Positions 29,320-40,058 of a stretch of 64,000 nt of DNA are shown one piece after another; the first letter of the stretch is position 1; each line of letters starts with the position of its first letter. The notes under the pieces were generated by a model. The model was not told the DNA's origin and ran no database searches. It worked only from the letters and a program-made list of their open reading frames with translations. The DNA comes from Desulfobacterales bacterium. GTDB lineage: Bacteria > Desulfobacterota > Desulfobacteria > Desulfobacterales > UBA5852. The stretch lies in NCBI GenBank assembly GCA_963674755.2, contig CAXXVS010000003.1:768001-832000 (forward strand), read 5' to 3'. The position numbers and the translations under genes were made by a program.

Positions 29320-32300
29320 ATGCCTTGCATGCTCAATCGACAACAAATGACGGATCTCGTCAGGACGTCCATCGATGCCATCGTGGTGCTGGACACCGAA
29401 GGCGACGTGGTATTTGCCAATCCGGCGGCGGAAGCCCTGCTGGGAAAACCGCCCGGTGGCGCCACGGGATACCATCTGGGCTGCCCGGTAGCCGACGGCC
29501 AACCCTTTGAAATCACGTTCAGGCGCAAGGTGTCGGATACAGCAATCGTTGAGATGCAGGCCGTGGAAACCGTCTGGGAAGGCAAACGGGTCTTCGTCGT
29601 CAATCTTCACGATATCACCGAGCGGCGGCATGCCGAGCAAAGACTGGCGGAAAGCGAGCAGCGATACCGCAGTTTATTCGAGACCATGAGCCATGGTGTG
29701 GTCTATCGGAACGCAGACGGTGAGATTTCCGCCGCCAACCCGGCGGCGCAACGGATGCTCGGGCTGACCCTCGAGCACGGGCAGGCTTTGACCGTACAGG
29801 ACCCCCATTGGCGCTGTATCCGTGAAGACGGAAGCGACTTTCCGATTGAAGCGCACCCCACCATGGTCGCGCTCCAAACAGGCGAACGGGTTGACGATGT
29901 CGTTATGGGTGTTTGCAATCCCGTTGACGATACCTGCCGATGGCTCAATGTCGTTGCCGTGCCCCGGTTCAGATCCGGCGAGGACCGGCCGTTCCAGGTC
30001 TATGCGATATTTAAAGACATCACCTTAAGAAAGCAGGCCGTTGACCAGGCCCAGTTACTGGCGGCCATCGTTCAGTCCACGGAGGACGCTGTCGTTTCAA
30101 AAACCCTGGATGGTGTTATCACCAGCTGGAACCACGGTGCCGAACGGATGTACGGCTATCGTGCGGAAGAAGCCATTGGGCAAAACATCGCCATGCTGGT
30201 CTCCCCCGGCATGGAAAACGACCTGCCCACTATTTTGGAAAGGATCCGCGCCGGTGAAAAGGTGAAGGCCTACGAAACCGTTCGGACCACAAAACAGGGC
30301 CGACGCATCTACGTTTCGTTGACCGTGTCTCCGGTAAATAACGAGGCCGGCAGGACCATCGGCGCTTCTTCCATCACAAAAGATGTTACCGCAAGCAGAA
30401 AAACCCGTCTGGAACTCGAACAGGCGCTCGCCCGGGTCGACCACCTGAATCATATGCTCCACACGATTCGACGCATCAACCTCCTGATCGGTCGCGAGCG
30501 GCAGCCGGACGTCCTGATCCGCAACGCCTGCGATATAATCGTGGCCGGACAGGGCGTTGAGGCCGTCTGGATTGTTCTACAGGATGAAGGCGGCGGTGTC
30601 CGTTGCGCTTCCCAGGCCGGAATTGACGACCATGCCGTAACGGAATTGTTGACCGGTTTCAAGACCGGCCGGTTGCCCCCGTGTTGCCGTCGGCTGAGTA
30701 AGCGGCAACAATCGACCTCCACGGTTGATCGGGAGGCAATTTGCGCCCTCTGTCCGCTTGGAAAGCCCCACCCGGCGGCCGCTGCGTTTACATCGCGGCT
30801 GCAATATGAGGGCAACCATTTCGGCTATCTGAACGCCTATCTGCCGGCGCATTTCGGCGACGACAGGGAGGTCCGGGAGCTGACCAAAGAAATCGCCGAG
30901 GACCTTTCGTTTGCCCTCCAGGGCCTTGAAAACGAACAGGCCCGCCGGGAGGCGGAAAACCAACTGCGCAAAAATGAGCAACTCCTCAATGAGACCGGCG
31001 AGATGGCCAAGGTCGGGGGATGGGAAATCGACCTTGGTGCGGAGTTGGTCGCCTGGACCCAGTCCACCAGAAAAATTCACGAAGTGCCGGACGACTATGA
31101 ACCGACGCTTGAAGAGGCCCTCAAATTTTTTGTCCCTGAAGCGCGCGACCAACTCACCGAGGCCATCCGGCGTGCCCGTGAAGAAGAAGTCCCCTTCGAC
31201 CTGGAATTGGCCTTCATAACGGCCAAGGGCAACAGGCTTTGGACCCGGGCCATTTGCCAGCCGGAGTTCCAGGACGGCACATGTGTCCGGCTGCACGGAA
31301 CATTCCAGGATATTACCGAGTTGAAGAATGCGCTGGATGAACGTCTGGCAATACATGAACAATTCCAGCAAGTCCAGAAGCTGGAATCCATCGGTCTGCT
31401 GGCCGGGGGGGTGGCCCATGACTTCAACAACATGCTGAGCGTGATTCTGGGGTACGGAGCTGAGCTTCTCGATAAACTGCATAAGGGCGATCCATTGCGC
31501 GAGGGGGTTGAGGAGATCGTCAGTGCCGGACAACGCTCGGCCGATCTGACCCGCCAGCTGCTGGCCTTCAGCCGCAAGCAGACCTTGCAGGTGGAGGTGC
31601 TGGATATCAACGCCGTCGTAAGCAACCTGGAAAAGATGCTGCGCCGACTCATCGGAGAGGACATCGGGTTAAAAACCCTGTTCTCCGAGCAACTGAACCG
31701 GGTAAAGGTCGATCCGGGTCAAATCGAGCAGGTCATCCTGAACCTGGCCGTCAATGCCCGGGACGCCATGCCCCAAGGCGGAAATTTGACCATTGAGACG
31801 GCCAATGTCGAGCTGGATGGAGACTATGCCCAAAATCGAACGGGCGTCGTGCCGGGACAATACGTGCAGCTGTCCATCACCGATACCGGCTGCGGGATGG
31901 ATGCCGCCACCAGGGAAAGGCTCTTCGAGCCGTTCTTTACGACCAAGGGCAAAGGCAGGGGAACGGGCCTCGGGCTTTCCACGGTTTACGGGATCGTTAA
32001 ACAGTCCGGCGGAAATATCTGGGTTTACAGCGTACCCGGTCAGGGCACGACCTTCAAGATTTACTTGCCGCGCACAGTCGACGCGCAAATCGCCCGGGAG
32101 GCCACCCATACGGAGGCATCGATCAAGGGCCGGGCGGAGAAGATTTTAGTCATCGAGGATGAACCGGCGTTGCGCAAACTTTGTGCGACAATTTTGAAGC
32201 GCGCCAATTACCAGGTGACCGTCGCGGCCAACGGAGGGGAGGCTTTGCTATTGGTCGAGGAAAACAAACTGCGTCCGGATCTGGTCATTACCGATATGGT

Positions 32301-32502
32301 GATGCCCGGCATGAGCGGCAAAGTCCTGGTCGGGCGCCTCAGAAAGAGGCTGCCCGACCTCAAGGTTCTGTACATGTCCGGCTATACGGACAATGCCATT
32401 GTGCATCATGGGGGCCTGGACGCAGGGACCCCATTTATTCAAAAGCCCTTTGAAAAGGGCAAATTGGAGCGAAAGACCAGAGAACTTCTAAATGGTCAAT
32501 AA
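29320..32502 (+). CDS. Multi-PAS/GAF hybrid histidine kinase
   Basis: Four PAS domains plus GAF-like region, [31 protein letters not shown] upstream of ATG 29320. Confidence 0.9.
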   Translation: MPCMLNRQQMTDLVRTSIDAIVVLDTEGDVVFANPAAEALLGKPPGGATGYHLGCPVADGQPFEITFRRKVSDTAIVEMQAVETVWEGKRVFVVNLHDITERRHAEQRLAESEQRYRSLFETMSHGVVYRNADGEISAANPAAQRMLGLTLEHGQALTVQDPHWRCIREDGSDFPIEAHPTMVALQTGERVDDVVMGVCNPVDDTCRWLNVVAVPRFRSGEDRPFQVYAIFKDITLRKQAVDQAQLLAAIVQSTEDAVVSKTLDGVITSWNHGAERMYGYRAEEAIGQNIAMLVSPGMENDLPTILERIRAGEKVKAYETVRTTKQGRRIYVSLTVSPVNNEAGRTIGASSITKDVTASRKTRLELEQALARVDHLNHMLHTIRRINLLIGRERQPDVLIRNACDIIVAGQGVEAVWIVLQDEGGGVRCASQAGIDDHAVTELLTGFKTGRLPPCCRRLSKRQQSTSTVDREAICALCPLGKPHPAAAAFTSRLQYEGNHFGYLNAYLPAHFGDDREVRELTKEIAEDLSFALQGLENEQARREAENQLRKNEQLLNETGEMAKVGGWEIDLGAELVAWTQSTRKIHEVPDDYEPTLEEALKFFVPEARDQLTEAIRRAREEEVPFDLELAFITAKGNRLWTRAICQPEFQDGTCVRLHGTFQDITELKNALDERLAIHEQFQQVQKLESIGLLAGGVAHDFNNMLSVILGYGAELLDKLHKGDPLREGVEEIVSAGQRSADLTRQLLAFSRKQTLQVEVLDINAVVSNLEKMLRRLIGEDIGLKTLFSEQLNRVKVDPGQIEQVILNLAVNARDAMPQGGNLTIETANVELDGDYAQNRTGVVPGQYVQLSITDTGCGMDAATRERLFEPFFTTKGKGRGTGLGLSTVYGIVKQSGGNIWVYSVPGQGTTFKIYLPRTVDAQIAREATHTEASIKGRAEKILVIEDEPALRKLCATILKRANYQVTVAANGGEALLLVEENKLRPDLVITDMVMPGMSGKVLVGRLRKRLPDLKVLYMSGYTDNAIVHHGGLDAGTPFIQKPFEKGKLERKTRELLNGQ

Positions 32503-35428
32503 AACCGCCACCGACAACGATGCAACGCCCATTCAAAAGCAGGGCGATGCCGATATCCTAAAGCGTCTCAAGCACCTTGAGAAAGAAAAAACGCTGAAGG
32601 GAACGCGTATGAACAGCATAAAGAAAAGCGTTAGCCTTCCCGCTGCAAAATGCCATCGCACTCAGCCAGACAACGGTGGCCGTATCCTTATCGTTGAAGA
32701 TTGTAAGGCGCTGGCCAAGCAATATGCACGCACTCTCTCAAAGATGGGATACACGTGTTTGCTTGCGTATGATGCCCTGCAGGCACTGGATTTCATTAAA
32801 ACAGAAACGATTGATCTGCATATCGTGGATTTGCGACTGCCGGCCCCAAGCCCCTCCGGTTTAGAGTATATATCGCGACTCCGGGCTATCAAGAAGGACG
32901 TAGCGGTCATTATCATCACAGCCCTTGAAGATGATGCAACGATCCAGCAGGCACTGAAATTAGACCTCTATGGTTACATGATAAAACCTATTTCCGACAG
33001 GCAACTGTTGGTTTGCGTGAACAATGCAATGCTGCGCGCCGCTCTTGAAAGAGCACTCAATAAGCAGTTGGACAATACCCAGGCCGTTGTGGTCGAAAGA
33101 ACCAAAGAGCTGTCTATTTTCAAAGCCTTCGCCGATCAATCCGGCCAGGGTTTAATTATGGGGACGCTGGACAATCGGATAAGATATGTCAACCCGGCCT
33201 TCAAGAAGATGGTGGGGGAACCAGCATCTACGCAGATCACCGGCAAATCGATTGTAAACCACTACCCTGCAAAATTAAAAACACGCATCGAGCAGGAAAT
33301 ACTGCCTGAAGTGCTGCAAGCGGGCAACTGGTCCGGCGAACTCTCCTGTAAAAAAACTGACGGCTGCACCTTTCCCACATGGGAAAACCATTTTGTAATC
33401 AAAGATCAAAACGGTGCGCCGTTATACTTCGGCGATATTATCAGCGACATCAGCAGACTAAAGCAAGCCCAAGCCGAAACCAATACGCAGTTAACGCTGT
33501 TGAAGACCATTATCGATACCATTCCCAGCCCGGTTTACTACCAAAACAGGGAGGGCAAAATAGTCAGTGTGAACAAATCGTACCTTGAGTTTAAGGGTTT
33601 TGAACGAATTGACGTCGTGGGCAAAAGCGTTTTCGACATCATGGCGCCGGAAGTAGCGCAAGTCTACGACAAAATCAACCGACAGCTGTTGAAAAAGCTT
33701 GGATCCAAAACATTCGAATCGAGCGCCGCGCGGGCCGACGGCACCCTGAGAAATGTTATTGTCCATAAAGCGTCTTTCCCGGACGCAGACGGCGAGATCG
33801 GCGGTTTGGTCAGCGTCATGATCGATATCACCGAAAGCAAACGTATGACCGAAGCGCTGCAAGCAAGCCGGGCCAGCTTCGAGGCGATTGTGCAGCGCAG
33901 TATCGAAGCGATACTTATCGTCAGCCATGATGGTCGTATCCTGTTTGCCAACCAGGGAGCCGAATTGCTGTTCGGCCGATCTGCAGACCAATTGGTGGGG
34001 TCCGACTTCGGTCATCCGATGAGCTCGGAAAGACCGGTGGAAATTGAAATCCTGCTTCCCCAAGGCAACCTCGGGGTGGGTGAGATGCGAGCGGAGCCGA
34101 CCCGATGGGAGGATCAATCGGTTCTATTGGTATCCATTCGTGACATTACCGATCGAGTTGCCGCCGAGGAAGAATTAAGACAAACGATTGGACAACTTAA
34201 AACAGCAAATCGAACGATCCTAAAGCAGCAGACATCGGCTCTTGAAGAGGAGCGGCTCAAAGTTCTGCTCCAATTGGCCGGCGCCACGGCCCATGAGTTC
34301 AGTCAGCCCTTGATGATCCTGATGGGGTATATCGATATGGTGGCGGATGATATCGGCGACAGCGAACGGGTCAATTCCCACCTGGATGAAATGCGCGAAG
34401 CCGGCCGTCGCCTTTCTGATGTCGTCCAGCGAATCAAAACCATTCGTCCCGAGATTCCTGCCGGTATATCCGGAGATGGTTCGGTGCTGGAAGTGAGCCG
34501 CGACGTCAGGATCCTGTCCATTGATGATTCCGTGGCGGATTATCAGGTATTGGAAAATATTTTTTCGACATCGGGCAACTTTTTTTTATCTCGCAGCGAA
34601 AGTCTTCAGTCGGCCCTGGAACGATTGTCTCATGATGTTTTCGATTTGATATTGCTGGATTATGCACTTCCCGATGGAACCGGCCTGGACTTTTTAAATG
34701 AGTTGACCCGGCGAAATATTCAAATTCCCGTTATCGTCATCACGGGCCTGGGCGATGAAATTATTGCCTCCCAGGTCATCCAGGCCGGGGCGTACGAATA
34801 TATCCCCAAACTTAAAATTTCTCCCAACGCGCTCCATCGGGCGATTGCCAATACGCTTGAAAAAGCCAAACTCAGACAGGCGGTGGCCCTGGCCCAGCAG
34901 AAAATCTCCCGCATGGCTGTCCGAGACGAATTGACAGGGTTGTATAACCGGCGATACTTTACGGAGGCGCTGGAACGGGAGTGTGCGAGGGCTATCCGTT
35001 CCGGGGAGCCATTGTCACTCTGCATTCTGGATTTAGACCATTTCAAGCAGGTCAACGACACCTATGGGCATCCTCAAGGCGATGAAGTCCTAAGAAAATT
35101 TGCCAGTCTGTTGACAAATTCTTCACGTGAAAGCGATCTGGTCTGCCGATATGGCGGTGAGGAATTCGGCATCATCTGTTCCAATGCCAGCAGCTCGCAG
35201 GTCTTGAATGTTGTCTACCAACGTTTGAAAACCGCACTTGGAGAGTGGGTATTTGAGTGCGACGGGCAGGAATTTCACGTGACCGTAAGTGCCGGCGTAG
35301 CAGAATTCAACGTAAACGATATTAACCTGCCTGAAAAACTGATCGCCGCCGCAGATCAAAGCCTTTACGCTGCCAAACTGGCCGGCCGTAACTGCGCGGT
35401 ATGTTCGTCAGTCCCCACCGAGGCATAG
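32492..35428 (+). CDS. Diguanylate cyclase REC-PAS-PAS-PAS-DHp-REC-GGDEF
   Basis: Two REC domains, AHEFSQPL without HATPase, DLDHFKQVNDTYGH, RESD..RYGGEEF. Confidence 0.9.
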   Translation: MVNKTATDNDATPIQKQGDADILKRLKHLEKEKTLKGTRMNSIKKSVSLPAAKCHRTQPDNGGRILIVEDCKALAKQYARTLSKMGYTCLLAYDALQALDFIKTETIDLHIVDLRLPAPSPSGLEYISRLRAIKKDVAVIIITALEDDATIQQALKLDLYGYMIKPISDRQLLVCVNNAMLRAALERALNKQLDNTQAVVVERTKELSIFKAFADQSGQGLIMGTLDNRIRYVNPAFKKMVGEPASTQITGKSIVNHYPAKLKTRIEQEILPEVLQAGNWSGELSCKKTDGCTFPTWENHFVIKDQNGAPLYFGDIISDISRLKQAQAETNTQLTLLKTIIDTIPSPVYYQNREGKIVSVNKSYLEFKGFERIDVVGKSVFDIMAPEVAQVYDKINRQLLKKLGSKTFESSAARADGTLRNVIVHKASFPDADGEIGGLVSVMIDITESKRMTEALQASRASFEAIVQRSIEAILIVSHDGRILFANQGAELLFGRSADQLVGSDFGHPMSSERPVEIEILLPQGNLGVGEMRAEPTRWEDQSVLLVSIRDITDRVAAEEELRQTIGQLKTANRTILKQQTSALEEERLKVLLQLAGATAHEFSQPLMILMGYIDMVADDIGDSERVNSHLDEMREAGRRLSDVVQRIKTIRPEIPAGISGDGSVLEVSRDVRILSIDDSVADYQVLENIFSTSGNFFLSRSESLQSALERLSHDVFDLILLDYALPDGTGLDFLNELTRRNIQIPVIVITGLGDEIIASQVIQAGAYEYIPKLKISPNALHRAIANTLEKAKLRQAVALAQQKISRMAVRDELTGLYNRRYFTEALERECARAIRSGEPLSLCILDLDHFKQVNDTYGHPQGDEVLRKFASLLTNSSRESDLVCRYGGEEFGIICSNASSSQVLNVVYQRLKTALGEWVFECDGQEFHVTVSAGVAEFNVNDINLPEKLIAAADQSLYAAKLAGRNCAVCSSVPTEA

Positions 35429-35531
35429 CTGGGGGAGGCCGCCCTTCACATGTCCATATTTACACATCTCTTTTTTTTATTCCCATCAGGCATGCCATGG
35501 CAAAGGTGGACCGATGCATTCCCCCCGAAAC

Positions 35532-36341
35532 TCATTTTGCGATGCAACCGAAAACCAGGCATTTGCCATAGCCATATTTTCGGGCGATTCTTTCAAACGC
35601 CTGGTCTTGTTTCATATCGTTCATTGCCTGATTCATGCGCGCAATCAATTTTTCACGGTTTGGGATGTCGGCCCTTTTGGACACGCAAATATAGATCGGT
35701 TTGGGGCCTGTGATGGGATGCGGCAGCATCACCAAGCGTCCTGTAAGGCGCATATCTTCAATATGGGCCTGGAGCGTTGACGCCACCCCCGCAATCCCGT
35801 CAACCCTTTTCGCATCCAGCATTTTCACCAGACTGGTATAATTCCCGGCTTCGTCCACCGATATCAACCCCTCGCGCATTGCGCGGTCGAATTCCGGGCT
35901 CGTCGTAAATCCCCGTACGATGCCGATCCTTTTGCCATACAGGTCCTCGATTTTCTGAAAAGGGAAGGCTTCCCCTTTTCGGACAAAAATCGATAAAACC
36001 GCCCAACTCATGGGCGTATCTAAAAAAGCAGCAACTGCTTCCCGCTCGGGGGTTTTGTACCCTCCCAAAAAGCCGTCAATCTGGCCCTCTTCCAGTTCCT
36101 TCAGGACTCTTTTCCATGGCAGGGGCACCATCCGTACCCTTATCCCGCTTCGGTCGGCCACTTCCTGCATGACATCAATAAAGGGGCCTACATATTCCCC
36201 ATTCGTTTTCCATTTCCAGGGTTTGGAGATGGTTGCATTAAATGCCATCAGCAGCAATTGATCGGCATGGACAGAAGGCGCAAAAGGGCGTGCCCCCCAA
36301 AGCACAAGGCCTGCCAAACAGGCCGCTATCGTTTTCCCCAT
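35532..36341 (-). CDS. Family-3 periplasmic substrate-binding protein
   Basis: Signal peptide, PWKR..LEEGQIDG, TPERE, DLYGKRIG. Confidence 0.85.
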   Translation of the reverse strand: MGKTIAACLAGLVLWGARPFAPSVHADQLLLMAFNATISKPWKWKTNGEYVGPFIDVMQEVADRSGIRVRMVPLPWKRVLKELEEGQIDGFLGGYKTPEREAVAAFLDTPMSWAVLSIFVRKGEAFPFQKIEDLYGKRIGIVRGFTTSPEFDRAMREGLISVDEAGNYTSLVKMLDAKRVDGIAGVASTLQAHIEDMRLTGRLVMLPHPITGPKPIYICVSKRADIPNREKLIARMNQAMNDMKQDQAFERIARKYGYGKCLVFGCIAK

Positions 36342-36564
36342 GCAATCCTCCTTGGCCGCATTCATCTCCTGCCGCGACCCGGCATCGTATCCGCCGCTGC
36401 GCGCGAGCGCAGCCGACTCAGGGACCATGTCATGGCGTCATACCGCCGTCATCGACGAGCCGGCAACCTGTTTCGAAGGTGCTCTGAATTCCGCTTGTGT
36501 CAAGAGAATGGGTATGGGCTGAATCGATTTATGAAGGGGCTATTCGCGCGTCCCCTGACCGCTC

Positions 36565-39500
36565 CTAATCTGCCGCCAGGCTGTTTTCCACCCGCGGCAT
36601 CCCATAGATGGCCCTGATCAATTTAGCAGGGGATACCGTTTTACTGATCAGGGTTTCGGCCCCGGCGGCCTGCATGATGCGTGCGATGTGCTCATCCTCG
36701 TGCATGGAAAGCCCGATGATACGTATGCCCGGCATGGCGGACCGGATGCGGCGGGTGGCTTCGATACCGTCCATCTCCGGCATGGAAACATCCATGACAA
36801 TCACGTCCGGCTGAAGGCTCCGGGCTTTCTCGATGGCTTCCCGGCCGTTGGAGGCTTCACCGACCACCTGGATGCCCGGCTGGTGGCCAATCAACTGGAT
36901 CAGGCCCTGTCGCATGGCCGGGTGGTCGTCCACGAACAGGACGCGCAACCTTCCGGCGTCGGGCGCCATCTCGGGGAGCTGTGCGCTGGTGCGCGGCCGG
37001 ACCCCTGCCGGGTGGTCCAGGCCGGAGGCCTGTCCGTCCGGCAGGATCTCCGGGACTGTCAAGGTGAACCGGCTGCCCTTGCCCGGGGCGCTTTCAATGG
37101 TGAGCCGGCCCCCGATGTAGCTGGCCCGCTCCCTGATGCTCAACAGGCCGAAGCCTGCTTTTTCCCGGCAGGAATCGATGGCCTCGGGTGCAAAGCCCCG
37201 TCCCCGGTCGCTCACGGTAACGGTGAGTTCGTCGGCATTGCTGGAAAGGGCCACATGGGCGCTGCGCACCCCGGCATGTTTGACGATATTGAACAGCAGC
37301 TCCTGTACGGAGCGGAAGAGGAAGCTATTCAACGGGGCGCACTCCAGCGTCTGCTCGGCATGCGCGGTCAGCTCGACATGCAATTCGAACTGCTCCTGCA
37401 TTTGCCGGGCCAGCCATTGCAGGGCGGCGAACAGGCCGGCCTGGTGCAGCACCGCCGGACTCAATTCATGTGACAAGCGGCGGGATTTGGCAATGGATTC
37501 TGCCAGGATCTCCTCCACCCGGGTCAGAATCGGATCGTCATCGTCGCCGTGGATGGCCTGCAACTGCATCTTGGCGGCAGCCAGCATCTGCTGGAGATCG
37601 TCATGGAGCAGCATGGCGAATTGGCGCCGTTCCTTTTCCTCGGCCTCGATCAGGTCGACCGCCAGGGCCTGCAATTGCCGGGTGCGGGCTTCGGCCAGGG
37701 CTGTGCGTTCGGCCACCTGCTCTATCAGGGTGGTATTCAATTGCTGCAGCGCTTTTTCCGTCCGCAGCCGTTGGATCGCCACCGAGACCTGGTCGGCGAT
37801 GGAGCGCATGAGGGCCACTTCATCGGCGGCAAAGGACGGGCGCTTCCACGTCCCGAAGGCCAGCGTGCCGATGAGCTCGTCCTGCACCATCAGCGGATGG
37901 CAGCAGTAGGCATGGACACCGAAGGATTTTACCAGGGCCGTCAGCGGATCGTCGCGCTGATCCACATGATCGAAAATCATGGATTGGTTGTCGCGCGCCA
38001 CCATTCCGCTGACCGTCGTGCCGAAATCCAGCCCGCTGATCTGGGCGGCTTTTTGGGAGGAAATCCCGTCGTATGCGTTGAGGTAAAGCTTCTGACCGGA
38101 GGCATCGACGAGATAGTTGATAAAGACCTGGCAATCCAGATGGGTCATGGTCAGGCGGCAGAGATCCTCCACGATCGCCTGGGGGGCCTCGGAGCGCAGG
38201 AGCCGTTCCGCCACGGTGGCCAGCAGCGTCAAGCGCTCCTGGTTGGTCCGCAGTCTTTCCTCGGCCCACTTGCGGTCGATCAGGTCGGCCGCCTGGCGCG
38301 CCAGAAGATCCAGCGCACGCAATTCATTGGCCGTGGGGGTGTGGATTTCCCGCCAGTGGGTCGAGAGCAGGCCCAGCAACTTCCCGGACCGTGAAACGAG
38401 CGGCGTGGTCTGCACCGCCCGGATGCCGTTCTGGACAAGGACCTGCAGATCCTGGCTGCCCTGCAGGGCGCCGTTGGTCTGGACATCCGGCACAATGATG
38501 CGCTCCTGGATGCCCAAGGCCATGGCATACGAACTAACCGAATCCGGGCCGACCCGTGCCCAGAAACGGGCGGCGCGCTCGTTCAGCCCGCGATGTCCCA
38601 GCAATTGAAGCAGGCGTTTTTCCGGAGACAGGATATGGATGCAGGCGAAGTCGGCCTGCATGATCGACATGGCCGTGTCCAGGATGCGATCGTAGAGCAC
38701 CTGGATGTTGTCGGCTTGAACCATGGCCATGCTGACCTGTTGCAGACGCTGGGCGACATCGAGCTCCAGCGACAGATTTTGAACAGCAGATTGTAGGGCT
38801 TGGCCAGGCCTGTTTCGATGACGGCCTTATACAGGAAGTAGAAGGAGATGATCTTGAGGAAGTGGCCCATGAAATTGGTGAAGGCGAAGGCGCTGGCATA
38901 GGCCGTAAAGGCCAGTTCGGCGAGCACGGTCGCGAAAATGGACAAGAGCAACAGGGCCGCAAATTCAGGATCGAAACGCTTGCGAAGATGGATGACCAGG
39001 CCGCCCGAGGCGAGCAGCAGCAGGCAAATGACGTATTCGCTGATAATTTTGAAGGGGGTCAGTCCACCGGCGTCCGGAAGGTAGCAGGCCGGGAAGATGC
39101 GCCAGTAAAAGATCGCCAGCAGGATCGCGGTGAAAAGGGTGCCGTAAATGAGGAAATAGAGCCAGGAGCGGATCTGGCGATCCAGCATGAAAGGGGCCAC
39201 CAGGAAGGTCAGGGCCTCCAGGTAGCGGGCAGCGATCCAGAGCTCGGCGGCCGTATTGACGCCAGAGCCGATAAACACGTTCATACCCTCGTAAGCCAGC
39301 ATGTGCACGAAGTCGAGGGCGCCGATAAACAGGTAGGCCACGCCGATGAGGAGGAGATAATGGTTATTGGTGTAGCGGCGGGTGTTCCAGGCCACCATGA
39401 AGATGCCGATGGCGATGACGATCGAAAACACTTCGGCCAGGCTGTGAAAAAGGAGGTAGTTGTGCAGGCTGGATGCGTAAAGCACGGCCAGAGTGAGCAG

Positions 39501-39611
39501 GGCTACCAGGGTCGGCATAAACTTTTTCAACCCGACGGTCCGGGCCCAGGGCCAGCGGGCAACCGGCAGCGCCTGTGCTGTTCGTGCACGATTGTTGGCG
39601 GTGGTGGACAT
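36565..39611 (-). pseudogene. MASE3-GAF-GAF-HisKA_3-HATPase-REC hybrid kinase split by a 1-nt frameshift
   Basis: NYLLFHSLAE (MASE3) frame reaches KPYNLLFK at ~38777; the other frame continues NLSLELDVAQRLQQVSMAM..LHDDLQQ..GFGL..REC. Confidence 0.75.
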
Positions 39612-40058
39612 GAATCCCCCTCGTCTGCGGCGTGAAAATTGATCCTGTTGCCTGCTGCGTAAAAGCAGTTGAAACTTACGCCAAGAATTCCCAGGGGGAA
39701 GGGACCCCTGAAAATCGTAAAATATTAGCACGTCATGCCGGTCCATAGCAAATCCCTCCGGATGGTCCCGAAGGCATCGACCTGGCCATAAGGGCCTGTT
39801 GGGGAGCCGATCGGCAGCCGGCTTTTTCTGACTTTCCGATATTGCTTGATATTATCTCCACCAATCGTTAAGTCATATTGGCATAGAAATAAAATTCCAT
39901 ATTTTCGGTCTCTTGAAAAAAACGGTCAACCATTGCCGCTAAAGAACTCCAGGGACCGACACTTGCGAAGTGAACGCAGCCCTTCGGTTTGACCAGCCGC
40001 GGGATGTACAAAGCGTGATGGCTTTGAGGATCGATCGCTCATAGACAGGACAAGGTTC

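Noticed and set aside
26184..35428. Full three-protein circadian oscillator
   Set aside because: No kaiA in the window and KaiC lacks the KaiA-binding tail
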